A stretch of 64,000 bases of DNA from the NCBI RefSeq assembly GCF_963921235.1, contig NC_086098.1, positions 1,674,001 through 1,738,000 of the forward strand, written 5' to 3'. The translations under genes and the position numbers were made by a program. Each line of letters starts with the position of its first letter. Position 1 is the stretch's first letter. Origin of the DNA: Mobula hypostoma (Eukaryota). The notes under the pieces were generated by a model. The model was not told the origin of the DNA. It saw nothing but the letters and a program-made list of their open reading frames with translations, and made no database searches. Shown here piece after piece: positions 25,578 to 36,491 of this stretch.

Positions 25578-27852
25578 AGATTGGGACACCCATACTGTTA
25601 GGGGTCTAGATGGTTTAGAGTTTGTAAAATGTGCTCAGGAAAGTTTTCTAAATCAATATATAGAGGGACCAACTAGAGGGAATGCAATATTGGATCTCCT
25701 GTTAGGAAACGAGTTAGGACAAGTGACAGAAGTCTGTGTAGGGGAGCACTTTAGTTCCAGTGATCATAACACCATTAGTTTCAATTTGATCATGGACAAG
25801 GATAGATCTGGTCCTAGGGTTGAGGTTCTGAACTGGAAGAAGACCAAATTTGAAGAAATGAGAAAGGATCTAAAACGTGTGGATTGGGACAGGTTGTTCT
25901 CTGGCAAAGATGTGATCAGTAGGTGGGAAGCCTTCAAAGGGGAAATTTTGAGAGTGCAGAGTTTGTCTGTTCCTGTCAGGATTAAAGGCAAATTGAATAG
26001 GAATAAGGAACCTTGGTTCTCAAGGGATATTGCAACTCTGATAAAGAAGAAGAGGGAGTTGTATGAAATGTATAGGAAACAGGGAGTAAATCAGGTGCTT
26101 GAGGAGTATAAGAAGTGCAAGAAAATAATTAAGAAAGGAATGAGGAGGGCTAAAAGAAGACATGAGGTTGCCTTGGCAGTCAAAGTGAAGGATAATCCAA
26201 AGAGCTTTTACAGGTATATTAAGAGCAAAAGGATTGTAAGGAATAAAATTGGTCCTCTTGAAGATCAGAGTGGTCGGCTATGTGCGGAACCAAAGGAAAT
26301 GAGGGAGATCTTAAATAGGTTTTTTGCGTCTGTATTTACTAAGGAAACTGGCATGAAGGAATTGAGGGAATTGAGGGAATCATGTAGTGAGATCATGGAA
26401 ACTGTACAGAACAAAAAGGAGGATGTGCTTGCTGTCTTGAGGAAAATTAAAGTGGATAAATCCCCGGGACCTGACAGAGTGTTCCCTTGGACCTTGAAGG
26501 AAACTAGTGTTGAAATTGTGGGGGCCCTGGCTGAAATATTTAAAATGTTGCTGTCTACGAGTGAGGTGCTGGAGGATTGGAGAGTGGCTCATGTTGTTCC
26601 ATTGTTTAAAAAAGGATCGAAAAGTAATCCGGGAAATTATAGGCCGGTGAGTTTAATGTCGGTAGTAGGTGAGTTATTGGAGGGAGTACTAAGAGACAGA
26701 ATCTACAAGCATTTGGATAGACAGGGACTTATTAGGAAGAGTCAACATGGCTTTGTGCGTGGTAGGTCATGTTTGACCAATCCATTGGAGTTTTTCGAGG
26801 AGGTTACCAGGAAAGTGGATGAAGGGAAGGCAGTGGATATTGTCTACATGGATTTCAGTAAGGCCTTTGACAAGGTCCCTCATGGGAGGTTAGTTCGGAA
26901 AATTCAGTCGCTAGGTATACATGGAGAGGTGGTAAATTGGATTAGACATTGGCTCAATGGAAGAAGCCAAAGAGTGGTGGTAGAGAATTGCTTCTCTGAG
27001 TGGAGGCCTGTGACTAGTGGTGTGCCACAGGGATCAGTGCTGGGTCCATTGTTATTTGTCATCTATATCAATGATCTGGATGATAATGTGGTAAATTGGA
27101 TCAGCAAATTTGCTGATGATACAAAGATTGGAGGTGTAGTAGACAGTGAGGAAGGTTTTCAGAGCCTGCAGAGGGACTTGGACCAGCTGGAAAAATGGGC
27201 AGAAAAATGGCAGATGGAGTTTAATACAGACAAGTGTGAGGTATTGCATGTTGGAAGGACAAACCAAGGTAGAACATGCAGGGTTAATGGTAAGGCACTG
27301 AGGAGTGCAGTAGAACAGAGGGATCTGGGAATACAGATACAAAATTCCCTAAAAGTGGTGTCACAAGTAGATAGGGTCGTAAAGAGAGCTTTTGGTACAT
27401 TGGCCTTTATTAATCAAAGTATTGAGTATAAGAGCTGGAATGTTATGATGAGGTTGTATAAGGCATTGGTGAGGCCGAATCTGGAGTATTGTGTTCAGTT
27501 TTGGTCACCAAATTACAGGAAGGATATAAACAAGGTTGAAAGAGTGCAGAGAAGGTTTACAAGGATGTTGCCAGGACTTGAGAAACTCAGTTACAGAGAA
27601 AAGTTGAATAGGTTAGGACTTTATTCCCTGGAGCGTAAAAGAATGAGGGGAGATTTGATAGAGGTATATAAAATTATGATGGGTATAGATAGAGTGAATG
27701 CAAACAGGCTTTTTCCACTGAGGCAAGGGGAGAAAAAAACCAGAGGACATGGGTTAAGGGTGAGGGGGGAAAAGTTTAAAGGGAACATTGAGGGGGCTTC
27801 TTCACACAGAGAGTGGTGGGAGTATGGAATGAGCTGCCAGACGAGGTGGTAA
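25531..27852 (+). CDS. CR1 ORF2: partial APE endonuclease plus complete reverse transcriptase (start is artefactual)
   Basis: 773-aa stop-free frame with [39 protein letters not shown]; frameshift near 27790. Confidence 0.8.
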   Translation: MYWLTGKMQMLLHYLTDWDTHTVRGLDGLEFVKCAQESFLNQYIEGPTRGNAILDLLLGNELGQVTEVCVGEHFSSSDHNTISFNLIMDKDRSGPRVEVLNWKKTKFEEMRKDLKRVDWDRLFSGKDVISRWEAFKGEILRVQSLSVPVRIKGKLNRNKEPWFSRDIATLIKKKRELYEMYRKQGVNQVLEEYKKCKKIIKKGMRRAKRRHEVALAVKVKDNPKSFYRYIKSKRIVRNKIGPLEDQSGRLCAEPKEMREILNRFFASVFTKETGMKELRELRESCSEIMETVQNKKEDVLAVLRKIKVDKSPGPDRVFPWTLKETSVEIVGALAEIFKMLLSTSEVLEDWRVAHVVPLFKKGSKSNPGNYRPVSLMSVVGELLEGVLRDRIYKHLDRQGLIRKSQHGFVRGRSCLTNPLEFFEEVTRKVDEGKAVDIVYMDFSKAFDKVPHGRLVRKIQSLGIHGEVVNWIRHWLNGRSQRVVVENCFSEWRPVTSGVPQGSVLGPLLFVIYINDLDDNVVNWISKFADDTKIGGVVDSEEGFQSLQRDLDQLEKWAEKWQMEFNTDKCEVLHVGRTNQGRTCRVNGKALRSAVEQRDLGIQIQNSLKVVSQVDRVVKRAFGTLAFINQSIEYKSWNVMMRLYKALVRPNLEYCVQFWSPNYRKDINKVERVQRRFTRMLPGLEKLSYREKLNRLGLYSLERKRMRGDLIEVYKIMMGIDRVNANRLFPLRQGEKKTRGHGLRVRGEKFKGNIEGASSHREWWEYGMSCQTRW

Positions 27853-28025
27853 ATGCGGGTTCTTTTTTAACATTTAAGAATAAATTGGACAGATACATGG
27901 ATGGGAGGTGTATGGAGGGATATGGTCCGTGTGCAGGTCAGTGGGGCTAGGCAGAAAATGGTTCGGCACAGCCAAGAAGGGCCAAAAGGCCTGTTTCTGT
28001 GCTGTAGTTTCTATGGTTTCTATGG
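25578..28025 (+). mobile_element. Young 5'-truncated CR1 LINE nested in another CR1, TSD TTTAA
   Basis: TTTAA at 25573-25577 and 28026-28030; (TTTCTATGG)n tail. Confidence 0.92.
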
Positions 28026-28233
28026 TTTAAGAAGGGTGGGAGACAGCAGAAAGGAAACTATAGACCAGTTAGCCTGACATCAGTAATTGGAAAGTTGTTG
28101 GAATGGACAGCTAGGGAAGAGATTATGGAGTACCTGGAGGCACAGGGTCAAGATAGGCCAAAGCCAGCATGGTTTCCTGAGGGAAGGGCAAATACAGAAG
28201 AAGAACAGCATCATGGTGACGTGTGAGAGAGAG

Positions 28234-28256
28234 GTGTGTGTGTGTGCAGTGTGGTG

Positions 28257-28292
<36 letters not shown>

Positions 28293-28342
28293 GAGTGCAG
28301 TATGGTGATTTCTGTGTGTGTATGTGTGTGTGCAGTGTGGTG

Positions 28343-28398
<56 letters not shown>

Positions 28399-28452
28399 GA
28401 GTGCAGTATGGTGATTTCTGTGTGTGTGTGTGTGCAGTGATCTGTGTGAGTG
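28234..28452. repeat. Compound (TG)n microsatellite
   Basis: TG runs with a duplicated GAGGGAGTGCAGTATGGTGATTTC interruption. Confidence 0.95.
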
Positions 28453-28869
28453 TTTGGGAGTTCCACACAGCATCATCAGCTGTAAGGGAGTGTAGACACA
28501 TCCTCCCAGACAGTATGAAGAGTGGGTTCATCATGAAACACAGTTAATGCTGGAAACAGCTGTGATATGTACAGTGTCAAATAAAAGGCTGCATTCAGGA
28601 ATGGCGTTAACAAATTTCAAATATACTGAATATTGAAAACTGTGACTGACAGATGACAGATTTGACACAGAAGATGCATTTCGCTGTGTGTTTTGATGTA
28701 CATGTGACAATTAAAGCTAATCTTCTCTCTTTATCTTTCTGTGTACAAAACACCATTGTTAAAATGCCGACTTTGCCAACGACAGTCTGAGCCTGGTTTA
28801 ACTCTTGTATTTATGTGACTTTGGTGGAAGTCTGTGATCGTACCTAAAAGATCCAGTTCAGACCAGTAC

Positions 28870-29090
28870 AGTAGCACAGCGGTTAGTGTAACGTTATGCC
28901 ACTGCTAGTAACCTGGGTTCAGTTCCTGCCGATGTTTATATGCTCTTCCCGTGACCAAGTGGATCTCCCCCAGGTGCTCCCGTTTCCTCCCACGTCCCCA
29001 CAGGTCAGTTGGCAAATTGGTCACTTGGTTGTAATTGGGCAGTACAGGCTCAGTTGGCCAGAAGGACCAAAAACCATGCTGAATCTTTAA
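28870..29090 (+). mobile_element. tRNA-derived V-SINE (HE1-like), degraded
   Basis: GTAGCACAGCGGTTAG, GGGTTCAGTTCC, CAGGTGCTCCCGTTTCCTCCCAC. Confidence 0.7.
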
Positions 29091-29136
29091 TTTGAACAAT
29101 GCAAGGTTAAGTGGTCATTACCTGAGTTAGACAGTG

Positions 29137-29139
29137 AGG

Positions 29140-29176
<37 letters not shown>

Positions 29177-30385
29177 GGTGAGAGAGAGAGCAAGAGGGAG
29201 AGAGAGAGAGAGGGAGAGAGAGAGAGGGGAGAGAGAGGGAGAGGGGAGAGAGAGAGAGAGAGGGGGAGAGAGAGGGGAGAGAGAAAGGGGGGAGAGAGGG
29301 AGAGAGGGAGAGGGGGAGAGAGAGAGGGGGGAGAGAGAGAGAGGGGGGAGAGAGGGAGGGGGAGAGAGAGAGGGGGAGAGAGGGAGGGGGAGAGGGAGAG
29401 AGAGAGAGGGGGGGAAGAGAGAGAGGGGGAGGGGGAGAGAGAGGGAGAGGGAGAGAGAGAAAGAGGGGGGAAGAGAGGGGGAGAGCGAGAGGGGGAGAGA
29501 GGGAGAGAGAGGGGGGGAGGGGGAGGGGGAGGGAGAGAGGGAGGGGGGAGAGGGGGAGAGAGAGGGGGAGAGAGAGAGAGAGAGAGAAGGGGAGAGAGAG
29601 AGGGTGAGGGAGAGAGAGAGAGAGGGAGAGGGGAGAGAGAGGGTGAGGGAGAGAGAGAGAGGGGAGAGAGAGGGAGAGAGAGAGAGGGGGGGAAGAGAGA
29701 GGGAGAGGGAGAGAGAGAGGGGGAGAGAGAGAGGGGAGAGAGAGAGAGAGGGGGGGAGAGAGGGAGGGGGAGAGAGAGAGAGGGGGGAGAGAGGGAAGGG
29801 GAGAGAGGGAGGGGGGAGAGGGAGAGAGAAAGAGGGGGGAAGAGAGAGAGGGGGAGGGGGAGAGCGAGGGAGAGGGAGAGAGAGAGAAAGAGAGGGGGGA
29901 AGAGAGGGGGAGAGAGAGGGGGGAGAGAGGGGGGAAGAGAGGGGGAGAGAGGGGGGGAGAGAGGGAGAGAGAGAGGGGGAGAGAGAGAGGGGGAGAGAGG
30001 GAGGGAGAGAGAGGGAGAGGGGAGAGAGAGAGGGTGAGGGAGAGAGAGAGAAGGAGAGAGAGAGAGGGGGGAGAGAGAGGGAGGGGGAGAGAGAGAGGGG
30101 GAGAGAGAGGGGGAGAGAGAGAGGGGGAGAGAGAGAAGGGGAGAGAGAGAGGGTGAGGGAGAGAGAGAGAGAGAAGGAGAGAGAGAGCGAGCGGGAGAGA
30201 GAGGGTGAGGGAGAGAGAGAGAGAGAGGAGGAGAGAGAGGGAGAGGGAGAGAGAGAGGGTGAGGGAGAGAGAGAGGGTGAGGGAGAGAGAGAGAGAGGAG
30301 AGAGAGAGGGGGAGAGAGAGGGAGAGGGGGAGAGAGAGAGGGAGAGAGAGAGAAAAAGAGAGAGAGAGAGGGGGAGAGAGCGAGA
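29137..30385. repeat. ~1.25-kb almost pure polypurine (GA/GGA) tract
   Basis: Only scattered pyrimidines on the + strand. Confidence 0.97.
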
Positions 30386-30510
30386 GAATATGTGAACAAC
30401 CATATGTGCAATCAGAGAGGGAATGTGACAGAGGGCGAGAGAGAGAATGTGTGCACAAGGATAGTTGTAATTAGAGAGGGAATGAGAAAAAGAGAGAAAT
30501 AGAGTGACAC

Positions 30511-30822
30511 TGATGCACTATCAATTACTCCAAAAGACTGGAAGTAGAGTAAATACTGAAAGGCTTTTATGAACAGTAAAATGGGTCCTCGTCCATGCTG
30601 TGTCTGTCCTGGACTGAGGGAGGAGCAGTGACACAATCGCCTTTATTCAGGGATCTGTGGGAGGAGCCACAGGAGCAGTCGGCAGAGGGGCGTGTCCAGA
30701 CAGGTAACCCGGTTACAACATATATATATATATATATATGTTGTAACCGGGTTACCTGTCTGTGGTAAACCATTTCTGTCTGTGGTAAACCATGTATATA
30801 TATATATACATGGTTTACCACA
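30511..30822 (-). mobile_element. Solo LTR
   Basis: Minus strand begins TGTGGTAAAC and ends TAGTGCATCA; internal AATAAA; flanks GACAC/GACAG as an imperfect 5-bp TSD. Confidence 0.7.
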
Positions 30823-30833
30823 GACAGAAATGG
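30697..30833. repeat. Two adjacent perfect palindromes (66 and 64 bp) centred on (TA)n
   Basis: 30697-30762 and 30770-30833 are each self-reverse-complementary. Confidence 0.95.
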
Positions 30834-32820
30834 AGGGGGGGGGCAGAGAGAGAAATGGGGAGGGAGGGAGTGAGAGAGAATTTGTACACAAGGATTACTC
30901 TAGTTAGAGAGGGAATGAGAAAAAGAGAAAGAGAGGAAGATAGAGAGAGAGGGAACAGAGAAACAAGGGGAGAAAGAGAGAATGTGTGCACAAGGATGTG
31001 TGTAATTAGAGCAGATGAGGAAGAGAGAGAGAATAATCAAGAGAGCAAGCAAGAGAGAGACGGAGAGAGAAAGAGAGAGAGAGAGGACTTGGGGAGTAAA
31101 AGGGCGAGAGTGCGAATGTGCACAAGGATCTGTGTAGTTAGAGAGGGAATGAAAGAAAGCAAGAGAAAGTAAAAGAGAGAGAGTGAGAGAGCAAGAAAGA
31201 GAGGGAAAGAGAGGGAAAGAGAGGGAAAGAGAGAATGTCTGTGCGGAGATGTATGCCAGTAGAGAGGGAATGAGAGAAAGAGAGAGAGAATGTGTGCACA
31301 AGGAATGGGGTAATTAGAGAGTGAGCGAGAGAGAGTGAGAGAGGGAAACTAAGTGAGAGAGGGAGAGGGAAAGAGAGATGGAAAATAAGACAGAGAGACA
31401 GAGGGAGAATGTATGCACAAGGATGTGTACAATTAGAGAGTGAAAGAATGAGAAGGAAACCAAGAGTGAGGGAGAGAGAGAGAGAGAGAGAATGTGTGAA
31501 CAGGGATTAGGGTAATTAGAGAGGGAGAGGGGGAAGAGAAAGGGAAGAGAGGGAGAGAGAGGTGGGAGAGGGAGAGGGTGAGTGTGTGTGTAGAAATGTG
31601 TGTCATTATGGAAAGAATGAGAGAGAGATGGAGAGAAGGGTAGGAGCAGAGGGAAATAGAGAGAGGAAGTCTGCACAAGGATGGAGTTAATTAAACAGGG
31701 AATGAGAAAATGAGTGAGAAAGATAGAGACAAAGGAAGAGAGAGAAAGTGAGACAGAGGGTGAGAGGGAGGTACGATTAGAAAGCGAGAGAAGAAAGAAA
31801 GACTGAGAAAGAGGGAGAGAAAAGGTGAGAGATAGACTGAGTGTGAGGGACTGAGAGAGAGATTCAGAGAGAGAGGATAAGAAAGAGAGGGGAAACACAT
31901 ATACGAAGAGAGAGGAAGGGAGAATTGATAGAGAGAGAAAATGAAACTGTGAACAAGGGTGGGTGTAATTGGCGAGGGGCTGAGAGATAGAGAGGGAAGG
32001 ACGGATAGAGAGGAGAGAGACAGAGACAGACAGAGAAAGGGAGAAAGCAAGCCAGAGGCAGAGAGAGAGGGGAGGGTGGAGTGAGAGAGTGAGAAAGGGG
32101 GAGGTAATGGAGGGAGATAGAGGGGAAAGTGAGAGAGAGAGGGAGAGCTTTGATGTGATTGAGCGAGGAAGAGAGAGGAGAGAGAAAACGTATGTGTAGA
32201 GACGTGTGCAATTCGAGAGTGAGGAAAAGAGAGAGCAGGAGAGAAAGGGGGAGAGAGAAGCTGAGAGGCAATGGGTACACAAGATTGGGTTGCGTTAGAC
32301 AGGACAGGAGAAAGAGAGAAACTGAAAGAGAGAGAGATAGAGAGAGAGAGAGAGGGAGAGAGAGAGAGGGAGAGAGAGAAAGGGAGAGAGAGAGGGAGAG
32401 AGAGAGAGGGAGAGAGAGAAAGGGGGTACAGAAAGAGGGAGTGAGAGTTTGAGAGAGAGGGAGAAATGAGAATGTGTGCACAAGCATGGGTGTAATTAGA
32501 GAGCAAATGAGAGATAGAGAGAGAAAAAGAGAAAGGGAAGACTGACTGAGATATGGAAAGAGAGAAAGGGGGATAATAGAGATACAGAGTGAAAGGCAGA
32601 GACAGTGTGAGAGAGAGGGTGGAGGGAGAGGGAGATAGTGAGACAATGGTTGTGATGGAGGGAAAGAGAAACGGGGAAAGAGAGAGAGAGGGAGTGGGAA
32701 GGAGAGTGAAAGAGAAGAGAGAGAGAATGTGTGTGCAATTAGAGAGAATAGGAAAGAGAGAGCATGAGAGAAAGTGAGCAGAGAGAGAAAGAGAGAGACA
32801 GTGTTCACAAGATTGGGTGT

Positions 32821-34778
32821 AGTGGATCTCAGGACAGAGAATTTGTAGAATGTCTGTGAGATGGCTTTTTAGAACAGCTTGTTGTTGAGCCCACCAGGGG
32901 ATCGGCTGTACTGGATTGGGTATTGTGTAATGAACCGGAGGTGATTGGAGAGATTGAGGTGAAGGAACCCTTAGGAAGCAGTGATCATAACATGATTGAG
33001 TTCACTGTGAAATTAGAAAAAGAGAAGCCGAAATCTGATGTGTCGGTATTTCAGTGGAGTAAAGGAAATTACAGTGGCATGAGAGAGGAATTGGCCAAAG
33101 TTGACTGGAAAGGGACACTAACGGGAAGGACGGCAGAGCAGCAGTGGCTGGAGTTTATGCGAGAAGTGAGGAGGGTGCAAGACAGGTATATTCCAAAAAA
33201 GAAGAAATTTTTGAGTGGAAGAAGGATGCAACCGTGGTTGACAAGAGAAGTCAAAGCCAAAGTTAAAGCAAAGGAGAGGGCATACAAGGAAGCAAAAATT
33301 AATGGGAAGACAGAGGATTGGGAAGTTTTTAAAAGCTTACAAAAAGAAACTAAGAAGGCCATTAAGAGGGAAGAGATTAACTATGAAAGAAAGCTAGCAA
33401 ATAATATCAAAGAGGATACTAAAAGCTTTTTCAAGTATATAAAGAGTAAAAGACAGGTGAGAGTAGATACAGGACCGATAGAAAATGATGCTGGAGAAAT
33501 TGTAATGGGAGGTAAGGAGATGGCAGAGGAACTGAATGAGTATTTTGCATCAGTCTTCACTGAGGAAGACATCAGGAGTATACCGGACACTCAAGGGTGG
33601 CAGGGAAGAGAAGTGTGCGCAGTCACAATTATGACAGAGAAAGTACTCAGGAAGCTGAATAGTCTATAGGTAGATAAAACTCCTGGACCAGATGGAATGC
33701 ACCCACGTGTTCTGAAGGAAGTAGCTGTGGAGATTGCGGAAGTGTTAGCAATGATCTTTCAAAAGTCGATAGATTCTGGCATGGTTCCGGAGGACTGGAA
33801 GATTGCAAATGTCGCTCTGCTATTTAAGAAGGGGGCAAGGAAGCAAAAAGGAAATTATAGACCTGTTAGCTTGACATCGGTGGTCGGGAAGTTGTTAGAG
33901 TCGATTGTCAAGGATGAGGTTACAGAGTACCTGGAGGCATATGACAAGATAGGCAGAACTCAGCATGGATTCCTTAAAGGAAAATCCTGCCTGACAAACC
34001 TATTACAATTTTTTGAGGAAATTACCAGTAGGCTAGACAAGGGAGAGGCAGTGGATGCTGTATATTTGGATTTTCAGAAAGCCTTTGACAAGGTGCCACA
34101 CATGAGGCTACTTAACAAGATAAGAGCCCATGGAATTATGGGAAAGTTACATACGTGGATAGAGAATTGGCTGATTGGCAGGAAACAGAGAGTGGGAATA
34201 AAGGGATCCTATTCTGGTTGGCTGCCGGTTACCAGTGGTGTTCCACAGGGATGTGTGTTGGGGCTGCTTCTTTTTATATTGTACATCAACGATTTGGATT
34301 ATGGAATAGATGGCTTTGTGGCTAACTTTGTTGATGATATGAAGATAGGTGGAGGGGCTGGTAGTGCTGAGGAAACAGAGAGTCTGCAGAGAGACTTGGA
34401 TAGATTGGAAGAATGGGCAAAGAAGAGGCAAATGAAATACAAATGTTGGAAAGTGTATGGTTATGCACTTTGGCAGAAGAAATAAACGGGCAGATTATTA
34501 TTTAAATGAGAGAGAATTCAAAGTTCTGAGATGCAACGGGACTTGGGAGTCCTCGTGCAGGATACCCTTAAGGTTAACCTCCAGGTTGAGTCAGTGGTGA
34601 AGAAGGCAAATGCAATGTTGGCACTCATTTCTATAGGAATAGAGTATAGTAACAGGGATGTGATGTTGAGGCTCTGTAAGGCGCTGGTGAGACCTCACTT
34701 GGAGTACAGTGGGAAGTTTTGGTCTCCTTATTTAAGAAAGGATGTGCTGATGTTGGAGAGGGTACAGAGAAGATTCAT
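32821..34778 (+). mobile_element. CR1 LINE internal fragment (same subfamily as 1153-3714), split; remainder at ~36492-36526
   Basis: ORFs 32923-33669, 33697-34485 and 34531-34788 to RVQRRF; resumes at ACAAGAATGATTCAGGGAATG. Confidence 0.9.
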
Positions 34779-36491
34779 AGAAACATAGAAAATAGGTGCA
34801 GGAGTAGGCCATTCGGCCCTTCGAGCCTGCACCACCATTCAGTATGATCATGGCTGATCATCCAACTCAGAACCCTGTACCAGCCTTCTCTCCATACCCC
34901 CTGATCCCTTTAGCCACAAGGGCCATATCTAACTCCCTCTTAAATATAGCCAATGAACTGGCCTCAACTGTTTCCTGTGGCAGAGAATTCCACAGATTCA
35001 CCACTCTCAGTGTGAAGAAGTTTTTCCTAATCTCGGTCCTAAAAGGCTTCCCCTTTATCCTCAAACTGTGACCCCTCATTCTGGACTTCCCCAACATTGG
35101 GAACAATCTTCCTGCATCTAGACTGTCCAATCCCTTTAGGATTTTATACGTTTCAATCAGATCCCCCCTCAACCTGCTAAATTCCAACGAGTATAAGCCT
35201 GGTTCATCCAGTCTTTCATCATATGAAAGCCCTGCCATCCCAGGAATCAATCTGGTGAACCTTCTTTGTACTCCCTCTATGGCAAGGATGTCTTTCCTCA
35301 GATTAGGGGACCAAAACTGCACGCAATATTCCAGGTGTGGTCTCACCAAGGCCTTGTACAACTGCAGTAGTACCTCCCTGCTCCTGTACTAGAATCCTCT
35401 TGCTATAAATGCCAGCATACCATTCGCCTTTTTCACTGCCTGCTGTACCTGCATGCCCACTTTCAATGACTGGTGTATAATGACACCCAGGTCCCGTTGC
35501 ACCTCCCCTTTTCCTAATCGGCCACCATTCAGATAATAATCTGTTTTCCTGTTTTTGCCACCAAAGTGGATAACTTCACCTTTATCCACATTAAATTGCA
35601 TCTGCCATGAATTTGCCCACTCACCTAACCTATCCAAGTCACCCTGCATCCTCTTAGCATCCTCGTCACAGCTAACACTGCCGCCCAGCTTCGTGTCATC
35701 CGCAAACTTGGAGATGCTGCATTTAATTCCCTCATCCAAATCATTAATATATATTGTAAACAACTGGGATCCCAGCACTGAGCCTTGCGGTACCCCACTA
35801 GTCACTGCCAGCCATTCTGAAAAGGTCCCGTTTATTCCCACTCTTTGCTTCCTATCTGCCAACCAATTCTCTATCCACATCAATACCTTACCCCCAATAC
35901 CGTGTGCTTTAAGTTTGCACACTAATCTCCTGTGTGGGACCTTGTCAAAAGCCTTTTGAAAATCCAAATATACCACATCCACTGGTTCTCCCCTATCCAC
36001 TCTACTAGTTACATCCTCAAAAAATTCTATGAGATTTGTCAGACATGATTTTCCTTTCACAAATCCATGCTGACTTTGTCCAATGATTTCACCGCTTTCC
36101 AAATGTGCTGTTATCACATCTTTGATAACTGACTCTAGCAGTTTCCCCACCACCGATGTTAGGCTAACCGGTCTATAATTCCCTGGTTTCTCTCTCCCTC
36201 CTTTTTTAAAAAGTGGAGTTACATTAGCCACCCTCCAATCCTCAGGAACTAGTCCAGAATCTAAAGAGTTTTGAAAAATTATCACTAATGCTTCCACTAT
36301 TTCTTGGGCTACTTCCTTAAGCACTCTGGGATGCAGACCATCTGGCTCTGGGGATTTACCTGCCTTTAATCCCTTCAATTTACCTAACACCACTTCCCTA
36401 CTAACATGTATTTCCCTCAGTTCCTCCATCTCACTGGACCCACTGTCCCCCACTATTTCCGGAAGATTATTTATGTCCTCCTTAGTGAAGA
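34779..36491 (-). mobile_element. Young 5'-truncated CR1 LINE nested antisense
   Basis: Minus ORFs 35389-36453 (354 aa RT) and 34867-35361 in the same frame; (TTTCTATG)n tail. Confidence 0.92.

Noticed and set aside
25531..27852. Domesticated or autonomous RT gene
   Set aside because: The start lies in the host LINE in another frame, the endonuclease is truncated, and there is a C-terminal frameshift, a TSD and a tail
28080..28547. His/Thr-rich and Cys/Val-rich ORFs
   Set aside because: Translations of a (TG)n microsatellite
29087..30474. 400+ aa Ser/Leu/Pro-rich and Glu/Arg/Gly-rich ORFs
   Set aside because: Translations of GA/TC repeats, which lack stop codons in most frames
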